Source: the human T2T-CHM13v2.0 reference genome, Homo sapiens. Taken from it: a DNA stretch of 64,000 nt. Of this stretch, positions 1 to 14,010 are shown piece after piece. The notes below the pieces were generated by a model that worked only from the letters and a program-made list of their open reading frames with translations, was not told where the DNA came from and made no database searches. The position numbers and the translations under genes were made by a program. Where the stretch lies: the NCBI RefSeq assembly GCF_009914755.1, contig NC_060945.1, one strand, 5' to 3'. Position 1 is the stretch's first letter; the number at the start of each line of letters is the position of its first letter.

Positions 1-219
<219 letters not shown>

Positions 220-565
220 CAAAAATTATTAGGAAATATACCAAAATATTAGCTGCAGTTACCTTGGGGAGTGAACATATTTGAAAAATATAGAAAAATA
301 TTAAGTAGAACATAAGTCATCTAGGTAAGTCCCACTTCTCATTAAAAGTGTATATTCTTTTAGAATTTCTCTCTTTTTAGAAAACACAGATATATTTTAC
401 AAAGTATTTTTCTGATAATTAAAAATTTTTTATTTTGGAGCTCTTACAATGATGTAGATATATAATTATAGACATTATATTGTTAAAAAGTGAAAAAGAA
501 GGTTAAAAACAGTATCGTAGAATGATTCTCTTTATATACGATATGTATTTATAGAAAAATACAGG

Positions 566-893
<328 letters not shown>

Positions 894-914
894 TTATCTC
901 AAGAAGGTGGAAGA

Positions 915-1254
<340 letters not shown>

Positions 1255-2524
1255 TTATGTTGTTCTATATAATCTCTGGGTGGTAAGATTTCAAGTGATT
1301 TTTATTTCTCTCTTATACTTTACTGAATTTTCCAATATTTTTATAATTGTAGTGCATTCATTTTATAAATCCTATTAAAAAAAGATTTATTTAAGCCCAA
1401 CCTATCAGTGGATTAAGCTTGCAGCTGCCAGTTCACTAGTTGGTGGAGCAATCTCCTTTCCAGCACAGATTGGCAAAGAAAGGGCGGCCAAGTGCAGGCA
1501 GCTTTCCCAGGCTGCCATACCTGTCCCGTGGCTCATTCCCTGCCGCACAGGCCAAGGCCACGGAGGGCTGGCAGTCTGCCACTGGGAGCAGCTGGCCTCT
1601 GGAAGCTGGGCTGTACCTCAGACTGGCCTCCCTTTCTAAAAGATGTTGTAAAGTCTTTCTCTGGAAAACACACCCCAAACCCTCCTAAGTCTGAGGCATC
1701 GTGCCCTGCAGCAGTCTGGCATGGGGTGGGTGTGAGGCGACCTCGAAGTCTCCCTCGGGCCTGGAGGGCTTCCTCAGCTCATGGTCCTGGCCTGACACCA
1801 GTCTGTGCTTCTCTTTGCTATCTTCTTTACCCCCCAGTTTTCTCAGCTCTGACCCTGTTCTTAGCTTACAGAGAGACACACACTCTCATGAGTGAAAAAG
1901 AAAGCCAATGGGAGGTGGCGAGGAAGAGGGAGAAGGGGGCCCCAGGCAGTCACACATTGAAGGTTCATAAGTTATTTTTCATTTTAAAAAAGCTGACTGG
2001 AAGATGAATTCCCACTGTTCATAACCCTGCTGCCCTCTGCTTAGTTCAAAGGAAGCAGTGCCGAACTTCATTTCAGAACTACTTTTAACACATATTACAT
2101 TGTAAAAACCAACCATTACATCTGAGTAGCACTTTCTAAAAAGTTAAAACGCTAAAATATCAAGATATTTCATTTTTGTTAAAGTCACACTTTAACAATA
2201 CGATTGATTTTTTTTAAGCTACTTTCTAGGCAGGAATGCACAAGATTGTTTTTTGAAAGGAAATGAACAGTGGTTTCTGCTAAAAAACGCCTCCACCGTA
2301 AAATGGAGTGAGGCCCATGAGACAGCTGTGCAACGCATGGGGACACAGTCAGGGGCAGAAGAGGCCCGACTTCTGACAGGTGACTTCTGAACTGGCGGCA
2401 GGGTCCACGGCACAAAGCTGAGGTGGCTGCCCCAGGACACTGCAGGGTCCTAGCCAGGGACCCTGGGGATATTATTCCTGGCAGCTACAGGAAGGTTCCC
2501 AAGGAACTTTAGAAACATCACAGC

Positions 2525-2660
2525 AGAGTGGAGACTCAGACAGGGAACGGGACAGATCTGGACTCGAATCCCAGTGTTGATATGAACATGGAGTAAGGGA
2601 ATCCATCTCTCTCAGTCTCTCCAGTCACCTATAAAATGGAACATTTTGTGCAGTGTCAGT
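2525..2660 (+). mobile_element. MIR fragment
   Basis: GACAGATCTGGACTCGAATCCCAG...CACCTATAAAATGG resembles the MIR core. Confidence 0.55.
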
Positions 2661-4554
2661 AAAAATGAAATATGATGGAATTTGCAAAGTGGTCCCTGTC
2701 ATGTCGATCCTAGAACTTCTTGCTGCCAGAAGACAAGCAGTGCCTCCCCTTACCTCCTCCTCTTGGGGATAAGGAGGGAAGTCAGGGAGACAGAGGGAAG
2801 GAATGGAATGGTGGGGACAAATGTGTGTGTTTTACGACTCCTCAAAAATTCTATACGTGATGCCTCTCCTCTCTGTACCCATCCCTCATCACTTCTACCT
2901 ACACACACTAAGGTGATCTCTATCTGGGCTAAAAACCTTGTAAGTGACACTAGCAATGGGGGATGCAGAATCTTCACTTCCAGTTCTAGGGTCTCTGAAC
3001 CTACTCAGCAAAGCTACACATAGTTTGTTGAACTGGCTCTTCGGCTGACTTTGTTTAGGTGACTGCTTAGAAACACTGTTGGTCAGAGGTGTGCCCAGGC
3101 AGATAATAGAACAGTTTTATTGATATATTCTTCCATTCTATTCTGGATTTGACACTACGGCCTGCCCTTTCCTCAATGCACTCTGTTGGTATGCTTTAAA
3201 TCATATCCCCTTTCCGCTCTTGGTGTAGAACAGGATGAATGTTTCAGTAGGAGGCAACACGGGAATCGGGACTGTTCAAAGAGCAGAGCCATCACAATCC
3301 TCCCACTGGAGCTCCCCAGAAGCAGAGAGATGCCTGTGGGTCAGGCCCTCTGTTAGAGACACCCGCTTCATTTCCGTAGCTCCTGGCATACCTGCCCTTC
3401 TTACGTTTTTGGCTAATCTTCCCCACGTCCAGCATAAGAGCGTCCACATTGCTGCTAAATAAATCATTTCATGGCTCCCAAGGAGCCCAGTGGATTCAGC
3501 TTTCAGAATGAGGCTCCTTTTTGGTAAGTCAAGCATTTACTAATGTTGGTCTGTATTATCCAATCAAAGTGAATACAAGCCACTGTTTCTTACCCTGACA
3601 CTTCACCATAAATACTAGATGCCTGCGCATCCACTGCCTTCTATCTTAAACTGGTGCTATTACAGAATTTACAGATGAGCAAAGAAGCTTGCATAGAGAG
3701 AAATATTCATGGTGCCCACAGCCACCTCTGTGGCTGTACCTCAGCGGTAGCCCTGATGGCAGATCCCTGCCTCTGACGGCGAGCCTTCACTGCGCCACTG
3801 CACACCAGTACTCAGACTATCTGTCCCCACTCCTCCGCCAGGAGTCTCCGGATCCTCCACAAGATCCTCTCAACCCCCCTTTCAGGCTGGTCAGATCTCA
3901 TAAATATGTCCATCTTCTACAACTGGGTGTGGAGCGGCTCCTGGTGGAGAGTGTCCACAGCCTTGACCATAAGTCACCTGCCCCTAAAGAGGGTCTGCTA
4001 CTGGGAAGTGCTGCCGCTATTTCAGAGGATGGACACCGACTCACGTGGACGACACAGCAAGCAGACGTCTGCGAACAGTGTTTCTGCAGGCACCAGGTAG
4101 ATGTTTCAACTGGTCACCTGGAATTCACACCAATTTTTTGTGCTATGAGTGGCATTTTAGGTTCGTGATCTCATCCAAGCCTTCCAAAGCTGAGAAGAAG
4201 TCCTTCCTCACAGACAAGAGGACACAGTCTCAGAAAGGCAAAACCACTGCTATAAAGCCACATAGCAAGCAAACCAGAAATTCAAATCATGTTCTGGTTG
4301 GTTGTAAGGTCTATAATACTTTTTTCTTTTTAACCTTTTACTTCGAAATAATATCAGACTTAAAGAAAAGTTACAGGAAGAGTACAAAGCATTCCTACAT
4401 GCCCTTCACACAGCACCCAGATTTCCTAAAGGTTCACTTTTTACCATATATGTTTTGTCCATCTGTCTATCCATCATTATTTTCTGAACCAGTTGAGAGT
4501 GAGCTGCAGCCCTAATGTCTCTGTATTCCTATATGCGTCTGTGTAGCTTCCTAA

Positions 4555-4924
<370 letters not shown>

Positions 4925-4946
4925 GATATGGCACTATTATCTAATC

Positions 4947-5668
4947 CAGAGGTCAGCAGAATTCTCTATAAAAGGTCAGAGAGTAAATACTGTAGGCTCT
5001 GCAGCCGTATGGTTTCTGTGCTCAATTGCTCAAACCTGCCGTCCGAGGGCAAAGGCAGCCATGCCTGTGTCTCAACATTTACGGACATAAAAATTTGAAT
5101 TTTACATAATGTTTGTGTATCACAATATATTCCTTTTAACTAATAGGCTTTTTTATTTTTTTTAGAGCAACTTTAGGTTTACAGAAAAATTGTGCAGAAA
5201 GAGTTCCCATATGTCCCCTTCCCCAACAGTTTCCTTATCATTCACATCTTGCTGTGGTGTGGTCATTTGTTACGATTTCTGAAGCAGTCTTGGTATAGGA
5301 TTATTAACCACAGCTCACTGCTTCTGTTAGGGTTCGTGCTTTGTGCTGTACATTCTGTGGGTTTTGATAAATGCATCGCATCTTGTGGCCACCATGTCAG
5401 CATTACACAGAACAGTTTCCCTGCCCTAAAAATTCCCCTGTGCTTCACTTATTCATCCCTCATCCCTTCCCCTCCCCAAACCCTTTGGCAACCACCGGTA
5501 TTTTTACTCTCTCTATAGTTTTGCCTTTCCCAAAGTGTCATATAAATTTTATTCTTTAAAATTTTTTCTGACCCTTTAAAATGTAAAAAAACATGCTTAG
5601 CTCTCATGCGGCACGAAAACTGGCAGCAGGCCAGACTCGGCCCAAGGGCCAAACTTTGCCAACCCCAG
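4947..5668. mobile_element. MER58(B)-type hAT-Charlie DNA transposon, split by an L1 insertion
   Basis: Termini CAGAGGTCAGC...GCCAACCCCAG; 8-bp TSD ATCTAATC (4939-4946) / ATCTCATC (5669-5676). Confidence 0.8.
5150..5545 (-). mobile_element. L1MC1/2-like 3' end nested in MER58
   Basis: TTTAGAGCAACTTTAGGTTTACAGAAAAATTG...CAGTTTCCCTGCCCTAAAAATTCCCCTGTGC. Confidence 0.75.
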
Positions 5669-6151
5669 ATCTCATCTATAGAGTGTATTCAAATTGTGTC
5701 CATTGTCCTAGTAATAATGCTCTTTTTTTCTGGTCTAAGATCAAATCCAGGATCATCTGATGCATTGAGCTGTCACGGCTTCTTCGTCTCCTTTAATCTG
5801 GTTCAGTTTCTTAGTCTTTTTGTTTTTCATGATCCAGACATTTTTGGAAGAGCAGGGGCAGTTATTTTGTCCTATGTCCCTCAATTTAGATAATCAGATA
5901 CCCCCGTTATAAGACTCAGGGGTGCATTTCTAGCAGGAATACATGGAAGCGATATTGTGACCTCAGGGCCTGACATCGGGAGGCAGGCAGTGCTGTCTCC
6001 TGACATCAGGGATGTTAACTTTGACCCACAGGGTTATGTGGTTTGTGCTGGGTTTTCCCACTAAATTGCCTTTGTAATTAATAAGCACTTATGGGGAGAT
6101 AAATCTATTTCTCATGAAATTTAATCTATTAGTTTTAGTATCCATGAATGA

Positions 6152-6479
<328 letters not shown>

Positions 6480-6486
6480 TGCTTGA

Positions 6487-6790
<304 letters not shown>

Positions 6791-7278
6791 TTGAATCAAT
6801 TATTTACTTGATGGTTGCCAAACAGATTTTTCTGAACCATCATTTCTTCCATATTCACTTGTGAGGTTCTACTGTAAGGAGTAACTTTTTCTTCTCCCCT
6901 CCACTTATTATTTATCTTTTAATTTATTTATATCAGAGTAGACTTATAGATTCTTATTATTTCAGTAGATTGTATGCCTTCCTATCATTTTTTATTTTGA
7001 TACTCAAATAGCCACATATCTGGCAAGTGAATGCTCCTTCAGTCTGGCTCCTGGGTCTTACTGGTGTGTCCCAGTCATCTTTCAGCATAAGAGGTCTCTA
7101 CTTTCAGGCATAAGAGGTTCTAGGCTCATCTTGAACTTTCTCAGCCCCTGCCCTGGAATCAGCGATTTCTCCAAGGAGCTCTGGTTCCTTTTGGTGAAAA
7201 ACGGTCTTTTAAAAAAACTGGGGCTAAGAAAGAGATAGAAAATGTGTGCATGTGTGTCTAGGGTGTATATATGCATTA

Positions 7279-7482
7279 CAATTGTCCCTTGGTATTCATG
7301 GAGGATTTGTTCCAGACTGCCTCCCAAGTCCCACAGTGAGCTCTGTGGAACCTGAGTACACAAAAAATTGGCCCTCCATATACATGGGTTTCACATCCCA
7401 TGAATAATCTGCTTTGGTTGAAAAAATTCCATGTGTAGTAGACCCCTGCAGTTCATACCCCTGATGAATCAAAGGTCAACTG
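7279..7482 (+). mobile_element. MER8-like Tigger (TcMar) MITE
   Basis: TA|CAATTGTCCCT...AAAGGTCAACTG|TA, TA target duplication. Confidence 0.8.
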
Positions 7483-7485
7483 TAT

Positions 7486-7613
7486 TTCCTTCCGTCCATC
7501 CATCCCTCCCTCCTTCCTTCCTTCCCTCCTTCCTTCTTTCTTTCTTCCTTCCTCTAGATTCTCATCTTCTTTCTCTATCTAATCTATCCATCTACCACCC
7601 ATCCATCCATCCA
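7486..7613 (+). repeat. (TTCC)n/(TCCA)n low-complexity tract
   Basis: Seen directly. Confidence 0.85.
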
Positions 7614-8345
7614 GTTTGAAAACCATAAGTTCATCATAAACTCCAATCCAATCCAATACCACAAGGTTCATTCTAGCCCCTCCTTTTCTATATTCATAAA
7701 TTCTTTCTCCAATAGTGGGAAATCTGGCTTGCATTATCTACACTATTTATTCATTTGCTCAATGCCATAATACACAGGGGGAAGTGGTCTCAGCAGTGCT
7801 GACCCATATTACTGCGAAATCACACTTACTAACTAGAGTTCAATATTTGTTTACAGTTTTTTTTGCCCTTAGCCTGAGGGTATAGATTCAAATATTGTAT
7901 TGAACATTTCCTTGGATTTGTTCTTTTTTTTTCCCCTTTACTTTAGTGTGGTTATTTTATTTGTCTGAAATCAGGTTAGGTTTAACTGTACTTCTATATT
8001 ACATTTTACCCCCACACCCAAACCCCACCAATCCTTCTTTCTTTTTCATTGTTTAACCTGGTTCAGAGTCGGAACTGTACACAGACAAGTATACTCCGAG
8101 AAGTGTCACACTCCCCTACCCATTCCTTCTACCTAGGTCTCCCACTCCACCTCCTTTCTGTAAACCACAAATCAAAATCTCATTCATTTCTGGTTTATTC
8201 TTCCTGTGTTCCTTTTTGCATAAATGAATGGATACATGCATATTTTCTTATTTCCTTGTCTTCCTTACAGAAAGTTACCATTTTGTAGATGCTCTTTTGT
8301 CTCCCCCATCCACCTACCCCACACAATTAATATACCCGGGAACCA

Positions 8346-8437
8346 CTAGGTTGCATACTCCTTATGAGAATCTAAGGCCTGATGATCTGAGGTGGAGCTG
8401 AGGCGGTGTTGCTAGTGCTGGGGAGCAGCTGCAAATA
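8346..8437 (+). mobile_element. 92-bp internal MER1A fragment without transposon ends
   Basis: 8346-8406 is identical to 9342-9402, then continues with MER1A-like TGTTGCTAGTGCTGGGGAGCAGCTGCAAATA. Confidence 0.85.
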
Positions 8438-8458
8438 AGTTCACAGAGCTTTTCCTCA

Positions 8459-8728
8459 TTTTTTCTTTTTTTCAGACGGAGTCTCACTCTGTTGCCCAGG
8501 CTGGAGTGCAGTGGCGCGATCCCAGGTTCACACCATTCTCCTGCCTCAGCCTCCCAAGTAGCTGGAACTACAGGTGCCCACCACCACGCCTGGCTTTTTT
8601 TTTGTATTTTTAGTAGAGATGGGGTTTCACCATGTTAGCCAGGATGGTCTCGATCTCCTGACCTCGTGATCCGCCTGCCTCAGCCTCCCAAAGTGCTGGG
8701 ATTACAGGCATAAGCCACCGCACCCGGC
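8459..8728 (-). mobile_element. AluY with a ~24-bp internal deletion
   Basis: Y diagnostics; GGCGCGAT joined directly to CCCAGGTTCA; TSD TCCTCATTT. Confidence 0.93.
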
Positions 8729-9122
8729 TCCTCATTTCTTCTTAAAGCTGAGCAGACTCCATTCTGTGGATGTAGCACAGCCTCTTCAACCACTCTTTTA
8801 TGTATAGGCATTTAGGTAGTTCCTAAAAGGACAGTATAATGAACACTCTTATTCGCATGGATTTTTATATTGCTGGAGGTATATCTTCAGGGTAAATTGC
8901 TGGAAGTGGGATGCTGAGCCAGAAGGTAAACACACTGGTAGCTTTATCAGATTCTGCCAGAACCCCCACTACTGCACACAGCCACGCAGAGATACCTGTT
9001 TCCCTACAGCCTAACCAATGGACAGTGGCGTGTGTCTGTGCATGTGCGTGTGTATACACAGTCAATGACCAGTTAATGTCTTTTGAGTTAACTCAAAAGT
9101 TAAGAGTTTCTTATATATTAGG

Positions 9123-9402
9123 GCAGAGTCCCCAGCTCTGCCCCACCCCCCCACCCCCCAGGCTGCACAGCAGGAGGTGAGAAGCAGGCAGGCAGGTGAG
9201 TAAGAAAGCTAGAAAAGCTTCCTCTGTATTTACAGCCGCTCCCCACAGCTCACGTTACCACCTGAGCTCCACTTCCTGTCAGATCAGCAGCAGCATTAGA
9301 TTCTCATAGGAGCCCTACTGTGAACTGCGCATGCAAGGGATCTAGGTTGCATACTCCTTATGAGAATCTAAGGCCTGATGATCTGAGGTGGAGCTGAGGC
9401 GG
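9123..9402 (+). mobile_element. MER1A (hAT-Charlie), 3' truncated
   Basis: GCACAGCAGGAGGTGAG, CTGTATTTACAGCCGCTCCCCA, GTCAGATCAGCAGCAGCATTAGATTCTCATAGG. Confidence 0.85.
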
Positions 9403-9488
9403 AGGTTGCAGTGAGCTGAGATCATGCCATTGCACTCCAGCCTAGACAACAGGAGCGCGAAACTCTGTCTCAAAAAAAAAAAAAAAAA
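9396..9488 (+). mobile_element. 3' ~90 bp of an AluS (Sq/Sp-like) right arm fused to MER1A
   Basis: GAGGCGGAGGTTGCAGTGAGC...TGTCTC plus A tail. Confidence 0.9.
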
Positions 9489-10420
9489 GCCTTGATGGTA
9501 TTTTTAGTCTAAGTGCATTAAATGTATAAATTAACTTGGGGAGAACTGACCATCTTTGTGATTTTGAGTTGTCCTACCTATGAGCAAAGGATGACTTACA
9601 TTTGTTCAAATATACTTTTGTGTCTTTCAGATTGTTTTAAAGTGATCTTGTGTTGATTGTGCATATTTCTTATGCACTATCTTACGTATTTTATCTTATT
9701 TGTTGCTATTATGAATATATCCCATAATTTCCTTTAACTAGTTATTGCTTGTTGTATATAAAAACTATTGATTTCTGTATAATAATTTTATATCCTGCTC
9801 TATTACTGAATTCTCTTATTGTTTGAGTTAGAGAATCACTGATTCTTTAAGGTTTCTCATTTCCTCTGCAAACAGATAGTTTTATTTCTTTTTCAATGAT
9901 ACCTTTAATTGACTTCTCTTGTCTGTTTGGATTGGCTAATACCTTTAGTACAATGCCAAACAGAGGTGGAGACAGTGGGCCTCCTTGCCATGTTTCTTAG
10001 TGTTTCCCTGCTATATAAGATGCTATCTAGGACTCACAGACACTTACAAGTCAGTAAATTATCCACTAAGTCCTATTTTTGGAATTTTTAAAAATCAGGA
10101 CAGGGTGTTGAATTTTATAAAGTGTTTTCTCAGTATCTATGGAAATAATCATACATTTTTCTTTTTTGATCTATTAACATATTAATGAGTTAAGAGATCT
10201 ATTAATTTTTTTAATATTAAACCAATCTTGCATTCCTAGAAAAAAAAATCACATTTGTCTTAATGTTAGATTCTGTTAGTTAATATTTATTTAGAATTTC
10301 TGCATTGATGCTCATTAGTGATACTGGCCTGTAATTTTTATACTGTCTTTAACAGATTTAAGTATCAATATTATTTACTTCATTAAAATGAATTTGAAAA
10401 TTTTCCTTCATTTTTGATGA
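9489..10420 (-). mobile_element. Old L1M ORF2-region fragment
   Basis: AACTTGGGGAGAACTGAC, CTATTGATTTCTGTATAATAATTTTATATCCTGC, CTGCAAACAGATAGTTTTA, AACCAATCTTGCATTCC. Confidence 0.75.
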
Positions 10421-10897
10421 GCCCATCCTTTTTCCACTGAAGTACTCCTTCTGAGGAAGACTAAAAAAAAATTTCTGCCAATGATCCTGTAGGAAAATTC
10501 CAAAAGAAACCTTTTTGATTTCTTCTTGAAATAGCTTTCAGAACTCCTGTTCTCAATCAAATATCTTTGCACCTACAGGTCTATGTGAGGTACTTGCAGC
10601 ACATGGGTAGTAAGACAATGAGTTTATATTAATGTGGACTACATTTAAGAATCTACATATAAGAACCTTAACTGAGGCTTTACCTTAATACTCCAGACAA
10701 ACAGGCTGGAGACCTGACCTCCTTAAGAGGTCTGGACCAGTTCTGGTAGAGATCAGCCCAGAATGACCAGGCCTCTGAACATTCCACAAAACGTGTTCCA
10801 TGGAGAGGGTGTAGAGGAGAATAGGGAGCATTACCGAACAGCAAAGGAAAACACTTTAAGACTCTCCTCAACCATTTCCATTAAAATTTCAGAAACA

Positions 10898-11206
10898 GGC
10901 CAGGTGCAGTGGCTCATGCCTGTAATCCCAGCACTTTTGGAGGCCGAGGCAGGTGGATCACCTGAGGTCAGGAGTTTGAGACCAACGTGGCCAACATAGT
11001 GAAACCCCATCTCTACTAAAAATACTACTAAAAATTAGCTGAGCATAGTGGCAGGCACCTGTAGTCCCAGATACTCACGAGGCTGAGGCACAAGAATCAC
11101 TTGAACTTGGGAGGCAGAGACTGCCGAGATCACACCACTGCACTCCAGCCTGGGCGACAGAGTGAGACTCTGTCTCCGAAAAAAACCAAAACCAAAACAA
11201 AGAAAA
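10898..11206 (+). mobile_element. AluSx-like
   Basis: Full dimer, GGATCACCTGAGGTCAGGAG; flanking CAGAAACA repeats. Confidence 0.95.
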
Positions 11207-11371
11207 CCTCCAGAAACAGATGAGAACATATTTAGATGTTTTGTATTGTATTAATACTTTTTGCTCAATTTTAACAAATGCCTCAGTCTTTGCTAGGAGC
11301 TACCCACCTCAACAAGCATGGGTTCCTGGCCATACCATCAAGGTCACAGAGGCAAAGCTGCCTCCAGAGCT

Positions 11372-11549
11372 AGGCTCTCAAACAATGCTGCCCATCAGAA
11401 TCGCCTGCAGTTTTAAAACACAAAGCAAAAACAAACTGATGCTAAGACCCCAGATACCCTCTGAATCCCAACCTCCAGAGCCAGAGCTTGGGTGTGTCCC
11501 AGATGATTAGAATGCAGCTGGTCCAAAGACTGGGGTTCTAAAACCACTG
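11372..11549. mobile_element. MER5-family MITE
   Basis: GCTGCCCATCAGAATCGCCTG...CCCAGATGATTAGAATGCAGC...AAACCACTG. Confidence 0.55.
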
Positions 11550-11976
11550 TTCCCAAAGCTATTTTTCAATGACTTTTTTAAAACTACATTTCTTTTAAAA
11601 AATTTCCAGAGCTACAACATCAAAGAGGCAGTAATTCTCTTCTGGTTCCTTCAATGATTGAAATGAAGCATCGCATTATTTTGATATTTACTAGGACGGC
11701 ACAACAACAGTCCCACAGATGGAGAGATTTCATTTTCTAGAGCCAGAGGGTGGTAGGTAGTCGAGGAAAAGGAAAAAGGGGAAAGGAACAAAGAACTGGC
11801 ATTCGGACACAAAGTGTGCACCACAAAGTGCCATTACGTGCAAGACAGCCACTTAGTGTGTCTGAATCCCTGTTGGTGTTCTGTCTCCCTACAGTGGCTT
11901 CATTCGCGATCACCAGATGTCAGGTCTGCCAGATGTCGTTTTTAGCACCATGAAGCATAGCAAGGGCTGGTGTCTC

Positions 11977-12063
11977 GCACACACACAAGCATGTGTGCAC
12001 ATGCACACACACACATGCACATACACACACACATACATGCACAAATCCACACACACACACACT
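11977..12063 (+). repeat. Imperfect (CA)n/(CATG) alternating purine-pyrimidine tract
   Basis: Seen directly. Confidence 0.85.
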
Positions 12064-12269
12064 TGACTGCCACCTCAATATGGCAGGCTTCCAACAGTGA
12101 GCACACCAGCCAACATGGCACCATCTTTCCACTCACTGTAAGATTTCTCCAAGGTCTTATAAATGAATGAATGAACGGGCCATGGGGAAGGGGTATCTTC
12201 AGCTATAGATCTCAAGATTCTACACTGCAAGCAAGCCAGTGGTTCCTTTGACTGAGCACCCATCCACAT

Positions 12270-12445
12270 GCTGGGCCCTTGGTATGAGCCATGTTCTCAT
12301 TTAAATGTCCCAGTGACTCTCAAGACATCATCATTGCCAAGTAGTCTCATTTTACTGCTGATAAGTGGAAGCTACACCGGAGAAGTGGCCTGGTGAGATC
12401 AGAGAACAGTCAACCAGGTTTGCCTGGCTCAGAGGCCCATCTTCT
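12270..12445 (-). mobile_element. MIR fragment
   Basis: CTCATTTAAATGTCCCAG...CATTTTACTGCTGATAAGTGGAAGCT. Confidence 0.5.
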
Positions 12446-12509
12446 GACTCACTAGGAAAGAATCTTTTGCTTTTATCAAAACAGAATTTCAAGGTAGAAA
12501 TACCACCTC

Positions 12510-12899
<390 letters not shown>

Positions 12900-13719
12900 T
12901 AATAACATCAAAATGGGGTTCTTGCTTTATCTTTTTTTCTGAGAACTGAAACAGAGTCACCTTACATTTTCTAAAAGTAAATACTACCAGCTTGGTGGCC
13001 AAGTTCATCAGTTCTGTGCTATGTGTCTGAACAGTTATTTTCCCAGCTCTGTACGTATTCTGCTTCAAATACTTCATTTTCCCTTATGAAATTTACATAA
13101 ATTATAATACTAATAAGAAGTTTCTTTACCTACAGAGTGAAGGGGCATCTGAAACACCTGGGCAAACAAAGGAACCTGAAGGTAACGAATTCCTTCCTAC
13201 AGAAGGGCAGCTCCACCCGGCCACTTGGGCCCTTGATTTTACCCCAGGTACCGTCGCCTTCGGGGTAATGACAAGGAAGAATGCCCTGCCCTGCCAGCTG
13301 GCCTGAAAACCAGTGTGCCTTTCACCACCCTGACGCCCTGTGTGTCACCTTCCTCTTTCCCTCTCTCGGCTCCCACCTCTCTTCAGAGCCTTCCCTGCAC
13401 CCCGCCCTGCCAGAGATCAACCAACACGCCAGAGCTCGTTTGCCGGGATGCTTAGCACCAGCTTAACTCTTCACTCAGTGGGACAAGGGGCCTCTTTCTT
13501 TCAGGCAGGGCTTTGCTCCATGACACGCTGGGTTTATGGCCCCCGTGAACGAAACCTGGTTCGGAATCCAATTCTACAACAGATTTTCGTTCAAATGGTT
13601 ATTTTCCATCCCTTGCCCCCAATTCCATTTTCTACCCATCTCTCCCGGCTCTCTGCCTGTGGGGGCTGACCCCTTGAGACCTGGGTGGATTCGTGCTTCT
13701 GGGTGGGTTCTGTGCTGGC

Positions 13720-14010
13720 AAGACATTTTATATCCTGTTCTCTTACTGAATCCTTGTACTGTTTGTTTAGTTTGATCGTTTATTCTCAAGGTTTCCCAGA
13801 TATACTACAATATCATCCACAGATAGAGTTTTACTTCTTTTCTGATTCTTAGGTCTCCAGTTGGCTTCCGTGTCCACTTGGATTGGGTAATACCTCCAGG
13901 ATGATGCTAAGTATTATAGAAGTGGAGGCAGTGGGTGTATCCTGGCCTTGTTCCTCCTGATCTCTGTGGAAATGCTCTTAGGTTTCCCCAAGAAGCAGGA
14001 TGCTAGCTTT
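13720..14010 (-). mobile_element. Old L1M fragment
   Basis: TTTTATATCCTG..TTACTGAAT, ATACTACAATATCATCC, GGGTGTATCCTGGCCTTGTTCC resemble antisense ORF2. Confidence 0.5.

Noticed and set aside
3718-3737. Small 7-8 bp hairpins (also ~46688 and ~52830)
   Set aside because: Within chance expectation for a window this size
4045-4117. Possible minus-strand exon ending CAC|GTGAGT
   Set aside because: Acceptor lacks a polypyrimidine tract; peptide not recognised
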